A stretch of 62,694 nucleotides of DNA, filler included, from a bacterium (GTDB taxonomy: Bacteria; UBP15; UBA6099; JAJRTR01), in assembly GCA_024278215.1 (NCBI GenBank). It is 6 parts of 6 records of this genome, joined end to end, with 100 filler letters (N's around TTAATTAATTAA, not from the genome) between each part and the next. Parts side by side here need not be neighbours in the genome. Positions count along the whole stretch, not along the records: positions 28,107 to 45,044 come from JAJRTR010000041.1; positions 45,145 to 52,281 come from JAJRTR010000042.1; 4 more parts are not named here. One strand, written 5' to 3'. The translations under genes were made by a program, and so were the position numbers. Of this stretch, positions 38,281 to 48,148 are shown in pieces. Within the stretch, counting starts at the first letter, position 1, and each line of letters opens with the position of its first letter. The notes under the pieces are model-generated. The model was not told the DNA's origin, ran no database searches, and was given only the letters and a program-made list of their open reading frames with translations.

Positions 38281-39885
38281 TCAGGAGAAATAGCCGAGTC
38301 CTTTTAAAGTGTCTGCAATTGCGTCCCTGTCTTCGTCGCGGAGCTGACCGGGCTGCTCCTTCGATTCATCACTTTTCGCACCGGCGCCACTCGAATCATC
38401 ACGTTGACACTCGACGGGATTATTTTCAATATGTTCTTCAGTGAAAATATTCTTCATAACGCGACCGTCCATATTTGCCGGGCCGGCAAGACCGAAAAGA
38501 TGCAGGGCGGTAGGAGCGACATCAATTATTCTCAGGCCTTCGACGCGTCGGCCCCGCCTGATACCGGGTCCGCGGGCCGCGAAGATTACGTATCGTGTAT
38601 GTATGCCCAACTGTCCGTTTGTCGCCAGCCGCCACGGGATAATATCTTCTATCGGACCGGCGCCGGCGGTTTCCGAGAAACAGTTGAACTCATCACATTC
38701 GAGCAACAGGTCCGGAGCGGCGGTCGCCCTCGGGCCGGAAAACATATCAGCGGGTCTATGGGCTTTGGTCACAGGTTTCAGGCCGGTCGCGGGGTCCGTC
38801 CAGGATTCGAATTTTTCAGCAACCTCCGCAATCAGATTTTCGTATTCTTCGCCTGGTACCGTTCCATATTCGGTTCTTCCGATTCTGTTCACGAAAATCT
38901 CGACAAAAGAGTTCGACAGGGCCGGCCCCATGAACACACGTGTTTTCTGAAGACCGAAACGCAGTCTCCTCGGCACGAACATTTTATCCGCATCAGGGGG
39001 TTCAGTCTCTGCACCGTCGTCGCCGGTGACGAGATACCCCCAGTCGCGCAGAAGCCTGTTCGGGAAGAAAGCGTGTTTCGCGGGTCCGAAGCCATGGTCG
39101 GAGACGACAATCACGGTGGTTTCCGGTCCGGCGTAAGCGTCTATAACAACTTTCAGGTTTACATCCGCCATTTTGTATGCCAGATTCACAACCTGCGGCT
39201 CCCACTCTTCATCACAGAGATTGTGTGCGGGATGCGAAGTGTCGTGCGCATACCAGAAGGAATGTTGCAGTTCGTCGGTAATAGTGAAAACCCCCATGAA
39301 GAAATCCGGGGCCGTTTCGGAAAGCTGCGCTGCAAGCTTGATCCGCGCGACCTCTTGGTTCATGCGCTGCTGGAATATTGCCAGCTTGTTCGTAATATAT
39401 TCTCCGTTGTCGGAAGCGCTGATTCCGGCGCAGCGGCGGCAGGTTTCCAGCAGTGGCGCGAGTTTCGGCGGAAAAATCTCGACACAAGAACGGGGCAGTC
39501 CGCTGACCATGAATCCATCCACATGCTCGACCGGAAAAGTCAACGGCACATTGAAAACGCCGGTTTTATAGCCGTTTCGATTCAGGATATGCCATATTTT
39601 GTCGCCGCAGATGTCGCCGGAGGAAACGGGCTTCTCCGTGAAGTCCCCGCCCATAGTAAAGAAATTGAAAACGCCGTGCTTGCCCGGATTGAGACCGGTC
39701 GTGCAGGAGGTCCAGGCAACAGCGCTCTGCCAGGGCGTCGTGGATTCGAGAGGGCCGCTGCAACCGGTGTCGATGATGGCTTTTAACGCCGGCATTTCGC
39801 CGTTTTCCATCAAAGGGCGTGCTACGTCGAATGTCGCGCCGTCCATTCCGAATATAATGACTTTCGCTTTTTTTGTCATGGTCAT
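38281..39885 (-). CDS. Alkaline phosphatase superfamily protein (phosphodiesterase/NPP)
   Basis: FGMDGA, SAVAWTSCTTGLNPGKHG, DELQHSFW, SDHGFG, MDGR, C-terminal LKGLGY. Confidence 0.9.
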   Translation of the reverse strand: MTMTKKAKVIIFGMDGATFDVARPLMENGEMPALKAIIDTGCSGPLESTTPWQSAVAWTSCTTGLNPGKHGVFNFFTMGGDFTEKPVSSGDICGDKIWHILNRNGYKTGVFNVPLTFPVEHVDGFMVSGLPRSCVEIFPPKLAPLLETCRRCAGISASDNGEYITNKLAIFQQRMNQEVARIKLAAQLSETAPDFFMGVFTITDELQHSFWYAHDTSHPAHNLCDEEWEPQVVNLAYKMADVNLKVVIDAYAGPETTVIVVSDHGFGPAKHAFFPNRLLRDWGYLVTGDDGAETEPPDADKMFVPRRLRFGLQKTRVFMGPALSNSFVEIFVNRIGRTEYGTVPGEEYENLIAEVAEKFESWTDPATGLKPVTKAHRPADMFSGPRATAAPDLLLECDEFNCFSETAGAGPIEDIIPWRLATNGQLGIHTRYVIFAARGPGIRRGRRVEGLRIIDVAPTALHLFGLAGPANMDGRVMKNIFTEEHIENNPVECQRDDSSGAGAKSDESKEQPGQLRDEDRDAIADTLKGLGYFS

Positions 39886-39891
39886 TTCGGA

Positions 39892-40224
39892 CTATCTCGG
39901 CAGCACACGGATATATTGCACCTGGCCTGTGTTGATGTAATATGTACCGTCAGGCTGTTCGAGCTTCATGTTGTCACCGAACACGACGTCGCTGTAATCG
40001 CTCTCGGTGGTTGCTATCCTGAATGTTTCGCCGTCCGCCATCTTGATCTCGACTGTATACCGGGCCGCGCCGCCGGTGCCGCCCTGCGCCGTGCCTGCGC
40101 CGGAACCTTCGGTTGTGCCCTTATCGTCGAAAATAAGGTCCCAGATTTTACTTTTCGATGAGGCGACGGACACGCTCCCGGCGACGAACAATACGATAAG
40201 GATAAAGCCGGCTATTCTTTTCAT
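39892..40224 (-). CDS. Small secreted hypothetical protein
   Basis: GGAGG RBS, MKRIAG signal peptide, Gly-rich linker; stop lies 6 nt before the next gene. Confidence 0.75.
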   Translation of the reverse strand: MKRIAGFILIVLFVAGSVSVASSKSKIWDLIFDDKGTTEGSGAGTAQGGTGGAARYTVEIKMADGETFRIATTESDYSDVVFGDNMKLEQPDGTYYINTGQVQYIRVLPR

Positions 40225-40266
40225 GTAAGAACCTCCCGTGCACATTTAAACTATTGGTGAAATACT

Positions 40267-40315
40267 GAGCCGATTGCAGAATTCCGATTCGGCTGTGGCC
40301 GACTGCGATCGGCTC
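40267..40315. repeat. Repeat family A, 49-bp internally deleted derivative
   Basis: Termini GAGCCGAT...ATCGGCTC followed by TA; retains the left-arm sequence AATTCCGATTCGGCTGTGGCCG. Confidence 0.75.
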
Positions 40316-40334
40316 TATTGATATGCGTATATGG

Positions 40335-41459
40335 TCAGGGTTCGGTGGACCTGCGGCCAGCCGGCGGGTCGTGTCCTTCGCCCTCGGCGTCCACATCGAC
40401 TTCGGACCCGCTTTCGACATTTCTGCCCGCCTGCTGAAGAATGTACTCGCCGGTTATCTTCACAGCGGCCACAAGCGGCACAGACAGGACCATTCCACCG
40501 ATTCCCGCAAACTGCCCCCCGGCGAGCAGCGCCATGATGACTATCAGTGGATGAAGCCCCATTTCAGAACCCATGATTTTCGGTATGAACACCAGGTTCT
40601 CAAGCGCCTGCACGATCAGAACCATTACAAGCACCTGTAGAATCTTCCCCGTTATGAGCCCCACGATGCACGCCGGTATCGCCCCGACAACCGGTCCGAT
40701 ATAAGGGACAAACTCGCATATTCCCGCTATCAGCCCGAGTATCACCGGATATGGAACTTTCAGGACGGCAAGCCCGATTGTCATACCGATGCCGACCACG
40801 ATACAGAGCTTCAGCCTGCTGCGAATGAAGTTGCCGAACGACCTGCCTATATCCCCGAGAAGCGCGTCGATGCTTTTCCTCTTATTCTCGGGGAAAAGCG
40901 TAATGAATGTCTGGTGAAAACGATTTACATCTTTCAGCAGATAAAACGTCGCCAGTGGAATGATGAGGAACGCGTAGAGTTGTGAAAATATTCCTATGAT
41001 GCTGTTGATGCCCCTCTGGAGAATACTGATGCTGTATTCCTGCAGGCCGGCCATAAATCGGTCCGGTACGTTTTTCACATTGTCCGGCAACTCCGATGTC
41101 TCCAGCCAGCCGCTTAATTTGTCTATGTGGGTCTGGGCCTGCGTTACATACTCTGGAAATTCATGCGCGAAGCTGTTTATTTTTCCGTTGAGATATGGAA
41201 TTATCAGCACAAGGAACAGGGTCAGCGATCCGATGACAATGATAAAAATAATTGAAACCGATATTGTCCTGCTCAGACCGCGCGACGACAGTGAGTTCAC
41301 CGGGCCGCTGAGCAGATAAGCAATCATAACCGATATGAGGAAATAGCCCCATATCTCTTTTGTGCGATAGAAAAACCAGCCGCTCATCACCACACCCGCC
41401 ACGAGCAACAGTATCGTCACAGGTGACCGGGTTTTAATTACATCCTCTATTATCTTCAT
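40335..41459 (-). CDS. AI-2E family transporter
   Basis: AYLL.P, FYLLKD, FVPYIGP, QALEN...PKIMG...LHP, multiple TM segments. Confidence 0.92.
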   Translation of the reverse strand: MKIIEDVIKTRSPVTILLLVAGVVMSGWFFYRTKEIWGYFLISVMIAYLLSGPVNSLSSRGLSRTISVSIIFIIVIGSLTLFLVLIIPYLNGKINSFAHEFPEYVTQAQTHIDKLSGWLETSELPDNVKNVPDRFMAGLQEYSISILQRGINSIIGIFSQLYAFLIIPLATFYLLKDVNRFHQTFITLFPENKRKSIDALLGDIGRSFGNFIRSRLKLCIVVGIGMTIGLAVLKVPYPVILGLIAGICEFVPYIGPVVGAIPACIVGLITGKILQVLVMVLIVQALENLVFIPKIMGSEMGLHPLIVIMALLAGGQFAGIGGMVLSVPLVAAVKITGEYILQQAGRNVESGSEVDVDAEGEGHDPPAGRRSTEP

Positions 41460-41629
41460 CCTTCACGCGCTTTCATCACTGTCGCTGAACAACACCTATC
41501 TTATATCATATCGCCAATATCCTTTAATGATAATGGGGCCGCCCAGATAAATATTACAACATAATCATTTTTTCATCATCTTTTACCACCGGTTTTTTTC
41601 GAGTATCATAGTAACCGGAGGCGAGCGGG

Positions 41630-42592
41630 ATGAAAAAACTTCACGGCGGTATCAATCCGGTGCTGGTAACTCCGCTGAAAGAAAACGGGGAGCTCGATGT
41701 GGAAGCTCTTCGGCAACTCGCAGGGCGTATGATCGAGAGCGGAGTCCACGGCGTAGTGGTTCTCGGCAGCATGGGCGAACTGCCCTACCTTGCTCAGGCT
41801 GAACGCCGCGCGGCTGTCGAGGCTGTCGCGGAGGAAGCCGGAGGCCGCGTCCAGGTCATCGCCGGTGCGACTGCTTTCGGCGCGATGGAGGCCGCGCGGA
41901 ACGCCGCCGACGCCGTACGCGACGGAGCCGATGCTCTCCTCGTGCCGCTTCCCGTATACTTCGCGCCGAACTTCAGCGAAGTCTGTGAATACTACCGGCG
42001 GGTCTGCGGCGCGGTCGATATACCGGTAATCTACTACCACATTCCGTCTGTCACTCACCTGGACCTCGACGCCGCGGAAATCGCGGAAATCTTCGAGATC
42101 GACGGCGTCAAAGGCATCAAGGACAGCATAATGGACCTTCCCGTGATACTCGAGCATATAGACCTGTTGCCGCGCGACGCCGTCGTGTTCAGCGGATCGA
42201 CCTTTCTACTTAAATCCGTTATCGAACACGGCGGACACGGTGCGATCTGCCCCGTACCGCTTATTATGCCCGGCACGGCTGTGAACCTCTATGACGCCTG
42301 CGTGAACGGCGATGCAGGCGCGGCGCTGAAATACGAAAACGAACTTCTGAAACTCGTTCCTCTCTTTCTCGATATGGAAACCGACCCGGAAACACTCGGC
42401 AGACTCGCTCTGGAATGTGTGAAGAACGGTGTCCGCCTCGACTGGGTTTCGTCACCTCACGCTCGCGTCAAGGAAATGTTGCGCCTGATGGGCGACATGA
42501 TTATACCTCGCGTGAAAGCGCCATTGCCGCCTCTCTGCGAGGCAGACGCGGCCCGCGTCAAAGAAGTCGCCACTGCCGCCGGCCTCATCTGA
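41630..42592 (+). CDS. Dihydrodipicolinate synthase / N-acetylneuraminate lyase family aldolase
   Basis: VTPL, GSMGE, YYHIP, Schiff-base GIKDS. Confidence 0.9.
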   Translation: MKKLHGGINPVLVTPLKENGELDVEALRQLAGRMIESGVHGVVVLGSMGELPYLAQAERRAAVEAVAEEAGGRVQVIAGATAFGAMEAARNAADAVRDGADALLVPLPVYFAPNFSEVCEYYRRVCGAVDIPVIYYHIPSVTHLDLDAAEIAEIFEIDGVKGIKDSIMDLPVILEHIDLLPRDAVVFSGSTFLLKSVIEHGGHGAICPVPLIMPGTAVNLYDACVNGDAGAALKYENELLKLVPLFLDMETDPETLGRLALECVKNGVRLDWVSSPHARVKEMLRLMGDMIIPRVKAPLPPLCEADAARVKEVATAAGLI

Positions 42593-42695
42593 ATCGACTT
42601 GTTTTCTCCGCGAGGAGTTCCGACCCGGAATCAATGGTACAGTATGCCGGGCGGAACTTGTGGGAGCGGATAATACCTTCATAACTGAATTGATG

Positions 42696-43709
42696 CTATG
42701 TGATATTCTCTATATCAACCGGCCTGTTTTTCCTTATTTCCGTTATCGTTCTCCTGCCGACTATTTTTTCTATATCTTCAGGACCGGCACCTTTTTGCGG
42801 CCTGACAAATTTCAACATCCGCATTTCAATCGGTGTGCCAGCCGGGATGTCAACAGCGGCATATACTCCGCGACGCATGAGATGCCGGATCGCCATTTCC
42901 TTTTCAGAGACAACTTTTCGCGCAACGCCCATCGCCGCGGTTACGGCTTTCATTTTTTTTATCAGGTCCGCCAATTCTTCCGGCTGGATGGCGAATGAAT
43001 GGTCCGGCCCCTCGTCGCCGCGATTCAGGGTGAAGTGTCGCTCATAGGCAACCGCGCCGTTGGCCGCGGCAGCCAGGGCGGCGGCTTCGCCCATCGTGTG
43101 GTCCGAGTACCCTGTATGAACACCGAATTCGCCGCATAGCGCCACCATCGCCGCAACGCCCGCGTCCGCTGTTTCAGCCGGATAAAGCGGCACACACTGC
43201 AACAGGATAATCCGCGCATTACCTTTGTCCTTTATTGCAGCGACCGCCCTTTCTATTTCATCCGGCGAACATGCGCCGACGCTCATCAGAATGGGCTTTC
43301 CCGTTTCGGCAACACGTGCGACCAGGGGCAGGTATGTGACATCGCCCGAAGCTATCTTGTATGCCTCGACACCGACACCTTCCAGATCGTCGACAGCAGA
43401 CATCTCGAACGGCGTCGAAATAAAAACAACTCCCCTCCCCTCGCATCGCGCTTTCAGCTCGGGTAGCCACCGGGCGGGCGTCTTTATTCTCTCCAGAAGT
43501 TCGCGGGCTTCGGGAAGTTCCTCAGGGTTTACAAGCCCGTCGCCGGAAAAAGACTGGAATTTCACGGCGTCCGCGCCCGCTTCCGCCGCGGCGTCTATCA
43601 TCGCGAGTGCCTTCCCGAAATCACCGTCGTGATTCGAACCGATCTCGGCGATTACGAACACCTCACAACCGGTGCCCAGTTTCTTCCCGCCTATCTTTAT
43701 GTTTTCCAT
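42696..43709 (-). CDS. NeuB/PseI/SpsE family nonulosonic acid synthase with SAF domain
   Basis: IAEIGSNHDGD, AVKFQ, STPF, KIASGD, GYSDHT, ERHFTL, GPDH. Confidence 0.92.
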   Translation of the reverse strand: MENIKIGGKKLGTGCEVFVIAEIGSNHDGDFGKALAMIDAAAEAGADAVKFQSFSGDGLVNPEELPEARELLERIKTPARWLPELKARCEGRGVVFISTPFEMSAVDDLEGVGVEAYKIASGDVTYLPLVARVAETGKPILMSVGACSPDEIERAVAAIKDKGNARIILLQCVPLYPAETADAGVAAMVALCGEFGVHTGYSDHTMGEAAALAAAANGAVAYERHFTLNRGDEGPDHSFAIQPEELADLIKKMKAVTAAMGVARKVVSEKEMAIRHLMRRGVYAAVDIPAGTPIEMRMLKFVRPQKGAGPEDIEKIVGRRTITEIRKNRPVDIENIT

Positions 43710-43711
43710 CG

Positions 43712-44785
43712 TCAGCCACTCCGTTTTTCAGCAAACTTTTTTATCAGCCGCGCGATTCGTTCCGTGCCGCACCCGTCGAAAAGTTCGAGCGCCGCACGGC
43801 TCCTCTTTTCCCACACTTCCCGCGAAGTCAACAGCTTTTCCGTCGCACCGCACAACCTTGAGGGGTCGAACCTGTCGGCTCTTCCCGCGTGTACCGCGCA
43901 CCCGTATTTGTCGAATCGCGAAGCGAATGTTTCCTGGAGTTCAGCCTGCGACACTATCACACACGGGACGCCGAGCGTAAGAAATTCATACAGCGTGTTG
44001 CCTACACCGCATATTGCGACATCGGCGCCAGCCATGAGCCGGGGCAGATTCGGCGGCTTCAGCAGTATTTCGAGACGCCCACAGAAAGCTTCTTTCAATT
44101 CGCGTGCCTCATCGAAGTCCCTGTTACACGGTCCGAACACGGCTGTAATTTTACTTTCCTTTTTAAGTTCGAGCAGACTGCGCAGCACTATTATCGTCGC
44201 GTGCTGTGGATCGGAACCGCCGAACAGAACAAGAATTTTTCCACCGCCGTACTTCTTTTCAGCCGGTTCCTGTCGCAACGCGAGCACGTCTTCGCGAATG
44301 ATACAGTAGCGCGGCCCGCCGTGAATCGCGGCTTGAAAACTATTTCTTATTTCATCGGGAATCGTATCCGCGCAAACCTCGATATCGATACCCGTCACAA
44401 CGTCCGCCAGCGCACCTCCTGCCCCGAGATCATCAATGCAGACAACACTTCCGCAACATTTCTTCACATCCTTCATGAACCAGGCGGGTGTATCGAGAAT
44501 GTCGGTAAAAAGAACATCGGGTTTTATCTCGTCGCAAACTTCGACAGTCTGCACGAGCATCTGCTCGCGCCTGTCGGGATACCACGGCGGAAGAGTTCGT
44601 ACGCGCGGCGACACCTGTCGCAGACTCTCGACGGAAAAGTGATCCTCGACAGTCAGGAACGACACGCGCAGGCCGGGCATTGCGGCGAGTGTGCGGCCCA
44701 GCGTGGTGCAGCGGTATATGTGGCCCAGTCCACGCTCATAAAAACCGTCCGTTCTTATCAGAATGTCCCGGTGCTTTCCAGTCAT
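43712..44785 (-). CDS. PseG/SpsG-like GT-B fold nucleotide-sugar hydrolase or glycosyltransferase
   Basis: RTDG...GLGHIYRC, IDD, FGGSDP, GNTLYE, DGCGTERIA; directly upstream of the NeuB-family gene. Confidence 0.85.
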   Translation of the reverse strand: MTGKHRDILIRTDGFYERGLGHIYRCTTLGRTLAAMPGLRVSFLTVEDHFSVESLRQVSPRVRTLPPWYPDRREQMLVQTVEVCDEIKPDVLFTDILDTPAWFMKDVKKCCGSVVCIDDLGAGGALADVVTGIDIEVCADTIPDEIRNSFQAAIHGGPRYCIIREDVLALRQEPAEKKYGGGKILVLFGGSDPQHATIIVLRSLLELKKESKITAVFGPCNRDFDEARELKEAFCGRLEILLKPPNLPRLMAGADVAICGVGNTLYEFLTLGVPCVIVSQAELQETFASRFDKYGCAVHAGRADRFDPSRLCGATEKLLTSREVWEKRSRAALELFDGCGTERIARLIKKFAEKRSG

Positions 44786-45044
44786 CTTCGGTCACGTCCT
44801 TCACGTGCGGGAAATCGAGTTGTTTCAACGCTTCGTATACTATTATGCCGGTGGAAGTGGCAAGATTGAGGCTTCGCACGCACGGCCTGATGGGAATACG
44901 CCATGAAGTTTCTTTGTTCGCATCGAGAATTTCCTTCGGCAGGCCTGTGGTCTCCGCGCCGAAAACAAGGTAGTCGCCGTACTCGAACCGCGCCTCGTAA
45001 TATGGTCTGTCGGCAGTCTTTGAAAAGTAGTGGAAGCGCGCGCC
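44736..45044 (-). CDS. trmL: tRNA (cytidine/uridine-34 2'-O)-methyltransferase TrmL, 5'-truncated; absent from the ORF track
   Basis: Manual translation gives ...GDYLVFGAETTGLP...RIPIRPCVRSLNLATSTGIIVYEALKQ (SPOUT motifs). Confidence 0.88.
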   Translation of the reverse strand, partial: GARFHYFSKTADRPYYEARFEYGDYLVFGAETTGLPKEILDANKETSWRIPIRPCVRSLNLATSTGIIVYEALKQLDFPHVKDVTEDDWKAPGHSDKNGRFL

Positions 45045-45144
45045 NNNNNNNNNNNNNNNNNNNNNNNNNNNNNNNNNNNNNNNNNNNNTTAATTAATTAA
45101 NNNNNNNNNNNNNNNNNNNNNNNNNNNNNNNNNNNNNNNNNNNN

Positions 45145-45265
45145 CGGAGGTGTAAAATCCTCGCAGGCGTACTTGTAGAGTACGTCGAGGACGATTTTGT
45201 GCCGACAACGCAGCTATGGACAATAGCAGCCGACCGCAGCCGAATCAGAATTTTGCAATTGGCTC
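45145..45265. repeat. Repeat family A, reverse orientation, truncated at contig start
   Basis: GCAGGCGTACTTGTAGAGTACGTCGAGG core and terminus AATTTTGCAATTGGCTC followed by TA. Confidence 0.93.
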
Positions 45266-45419
45266 TACTGCGTTGCGGTGGCGATTCGGGATCGGTTACA
45301 TACCTGTATTTTGCGCAAGAGGCCGGCTGGCCGGCTGCTTCCTCACCACTCACTTTCCGCGCCTTGTATTACAGGCATTCTCCCGAATTTTGGCCCGCAT
45401 TTGTGAAATATGCGGGCTA
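45266..45419. repeat. Repeat family B with its C cap, interrupted by an A copy
   Basis: Reverse complement of 51794-51944 at high similarity. Confidence 0.9.
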
Positions 45420-45433
45420 TCTTCTGCTGACGG

Positions 45434-45901
45434 TCAGCATGAGAAATGGTTGTCCTGCAGATGTTCGGGCGGCTGCTGTGCCTTGTAATATGACAGCGTT
45501 TCCTTCAGCTTGCGCCTCACTTTTATCGAACTGTTTTCCTCAGCCGCCATCGCCAGGCCGCGCAGAATCTCTTTAAGGGCTTTTTTCCGCCTGTCGGATA
45601 GTACTCGAAACTCTTCTATCAATGCCTGCTCTTCTTCGTTTGTATCGAATGGAACCCTCTCCGGCGTTATTTTCTTTTCGATCGCATATTCGGTCAGTTC
45701 CATGATATCTATGTTATATGTTTTTGAAAAAGCATAGGCTGCCTTGAGAGACAGCCCCCGCTCATTTCTTTCTATTCTTGATATTGTCGTTTTGTCCAGT
45801 ATCCCCTCAGACATATTCACTATTTGCTTTATTGTAAGTCCGGACTGTTTTCTCATTTCTTTTAAATATTTTCCCAGAGACAAATCGTGTTCCTCCTCCA
45901 T
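45434..45901 (-). CDS. XRE-family helix-turn-helix transcriptional regulator
   Basis: LGKYLKEMRKQSGLT...TTISRIERNER. Confidence 0.88.
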   Translation of the reverse strand: MEEEHDLSLGKYLKEMRKQSGLTIKQIVNMSEGILDKTTISRIERNERGLSLKAAYAFSKTYNIDIMELTEYAIEKKITPERVPFDTNEEEQALIEEFRVLSDRRKKALKEILRGLAMAAEENSSIKVRRKLKETLSYYKAQQPPEHLQDNHFSC

Positions 45902-46134
45902 TTTTCTTCCTTCTGCAATTTCGATTTACTCTGATTCTACATGTCGTCACTTAACAATGCTGTTAAGTACTCTGAGAAATATATAAAACAACATGAAGTC
46001 TGCCTATTCACCTGTTCTGTTTCAGCATTATGCGTATAATGGATTAATGATCGTTTTTAATAAATTACAATAATAGAACAAATGCGGAAACTTGCAAGCA
46101 ACCTGCAAATCAATTATTTGCGGGCAAGCAATTG

Positions 46135-46192
46135 TCCCGCATATTTCACAGATGCGGGTTCAAAAACGGAAGAACGCCTGTAATACAAGGCG
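46135..46192. repeat. Repeat C plus truncated left arm of repeat B
   Basis: CCCGCATATTTCACAGATGCGGG...AGAACGCCTGTAATACAAGGCG; inverted relative to 45360-45419. Confidence 0.8.
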
Positions 46193-46233
46193 TTGCTTGC
46201 GATAATCCCGCAAAAAAGATTAGAATTGACCCT

Positions 46234-46800
46234 ATGACAGACGTGGACAACGGATCAAGCGTATTCAAAGTCAGCTTGTGGAGGCGGCTCGCCTATCCGG
46301 GCGTGGCGATAGCCTGCGCGGGGTTTGCCGTGTATCAGCACGGAATGGAAGCAAGCGGTGAGTTCCCCGATCTCTTTTATGTTGTCGCTGCCGGCGCAGT
46401 GTTGCTGTTCCTATATATCAACAGCATCCACCTTGTAATCACGCCGACGGAACTTGCTTTACGCTGGCCGCTTGTCGAGGCGAAGGTCATCAAGTGGGAC
46501 GACATCGCGCAGATACGTCGTTCGTCAGCGTCGCCCGGACGCAGTTTCTATATCGATCTTATCGCGACTCCCGATCATTCAGTGCAGTTCAATCCTTTCA
46601 TGTTCGACCGCCCGTGGGAGATAATCGAAAAGCTCAACAAGCACCTGGATTCCGACCTGTTCAAGGAAGACCGGTTGCCGGAAATGCATGGTGAAGTTAT
46701 TGCCGCCGAGGAGAACGACGCTGTCCTGAGTCCCAACTGGGTCCTCTGGGCTATGGGCCTCATTGTAGCACTTCTCTTTGTGATGCTGCTGCTTCGTTAG
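46234..46800 (+). CDS. Membrane protein with bacterial PH-like domain
   Basis: Two N-terminal TM segments, IKWDDIAQI motif, C-terminal TM segment. Confidence 0.65.
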   Translation: MTDVDNGSSVFKVSLWRRLAYPGVAIACAGFAVYQHGMEASGEFPDLFYVVAAGAVLLFLYINSIHLVITPTELALRWPLVEAKVIKWDDIAQIRRSSASPGRSFYIDLIATPDHSVQFNPFMFDRPWEIIEKLNKHLDSDLFKEDRLPEMHGEVIAAEENDAVLSPNWVLWAMGLIVALLFVMLLLR

Positions 46801-47906
46801 TCCGCTGTGAAGCCGACTTCGTCGATGATCTTGCCGTTCTCGTCGAAGGCTCTGGCGTTCATGTGCTTGCCGTCGACATCGAAGATCAGGAAGTTGTAGG
46901 ATTTCTTCTTGACGACGGATTCGGGCAGGGTGCGCACCTGGTCGTAGAGGCCCGCGCCGCCGCCGCCTGTGACGATGTATTGTATCCCGTTTTCATCCAC
47001 GCTTCTTTCATAGAAATGGTCGTGGCCGTTGATGACGGCGTCGACGCCGTATTTCTTGAAGATCGGCACGTATATTTGACGGTAATGCAGGTTGGGGGCG
47101 CGTTTGCTCGAGCTGTAGAGCGGGTGGTGGAAAAAAACGATGTGGAAGTCGTAATTCTGTGTTTTTTTCAGGACGTTCTTTACCCACTGTTTCTGTTTGG
47201 TAAGCGTCATATAGGGTGCGTTGGAGTCGAGCGCGATAAACATTACATTGCTGTATGCGAAGGCGTAGTATCTCTCTCCGGCCGGGCCGTGCGGGAGCGA
47301 GAAGTATTTAAAGTACAGCGGCGAGTCCTGTTCGTGGTTGCCGAGCGTGGGGTAGTAGGGGATTCGCCTGACGAGTTGTTTCACAACCGGCCAGAATACA
47401 TCCCAGTCACTCTGTTTCGTTCCCTTGGCGACCAGGTCGCCTGTATTGAGTACGAGTTTCGGGTCGTATTTCAACATTTGTTTGATGATTTTTTTGTGCA
47501 TTATGTGGTTCGAGCGGCAGTCGCCGTAGGCGGCGAACCTGAAGGGGACAAACTTTCCGGGCGCTGTCTCGAAAGAGCCGCGTTCCATGCTGCCGGTGTT
47601 GTCTTCCACCTTGTACCTGTACGTTGTGCCGGGGCTGAGTATCGTTAGCCGGACTTCTTTGAACTTGCCGGGCGTGTCGACCGCGACGACGCGTTTGTCT
47701 GCTGCCGAGCCGTCTTCACGCACTTCCGCGAAGGTGACACTGCCTGTTGTTGGGCTGTCGGACTCCCAGCAGATAGTGATCTCGTCTTTGCGCACGTTCT
47801 GTATATACGGCCCTTTGACGATTTTCGCCCGGGCTGTTGCGGCACCGGCGAAAACAATGATCATCACTGCGACTGCGAGTTGGATAAATATTCTGTTGTT
47901 CTTCAT
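46797..47906 (-). CDS. Secreted purple acid phosphatase-like metallophosphoesterase (FN3 + calcineurin-like)
   Basis: Signal peptide, GPYIQ, YGD, TGDLV, GNHE, FHHP, GHDHFYER. True start at MKNNRI. Confidence 0.92.
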   Translation of the reverse strand: MKNNRIFIQLAVAVMIIVFAGAATARAKIVKGPYIQNVRKDEITICWESDSPTTGSVTFAEVREDGSAADKRVVAVDTPGKFKEVRLTILSPGTTYRYKVEDNTGSMERGSFETAPGKFVPFRFAAYGDCRSNHIMHKKIIKQMLKYDPKLVLNTGDLVAKGTKQSDWDVFWPVVKQLVRRIPYYPTLGNHEQDSPLYFKYFSLPHGPAGERYYAFAYSNVMFIALDSNAPYMTLTKQKQWVKNVLKKTQNYDFHIVFFHHPLYSSSKRAPNLHYRQIYVPIFKKYGVDAVINGHDHFYERSVDENGIQYIVTGGGGAGLYDQVRTLPESVVKKKSYNFLIFDVDGKHMNARAFDENGKIIDEVGFTAD

Positions 47907-48148
47907 TTTGACCTTCCATTTATAAAATATACTTGTGTATTTTAAGATTTCTAACCATTCGTGTCCAAAATAAAAACATAAAATGTCAAGCCGGTTTCTG
48001 AAATAGATTGTATATGTAATATGGAAGAATTGCAGCAATGAAGAGAAATGCACACGCTTCAGATGCTGCGAACGGAAAGGAGCGGAGACCCCGGCGTTCG
48101 TGCTTGACGGGCCATGAGGTAGTTCGCGGGTTACGGGATACAACAAAT

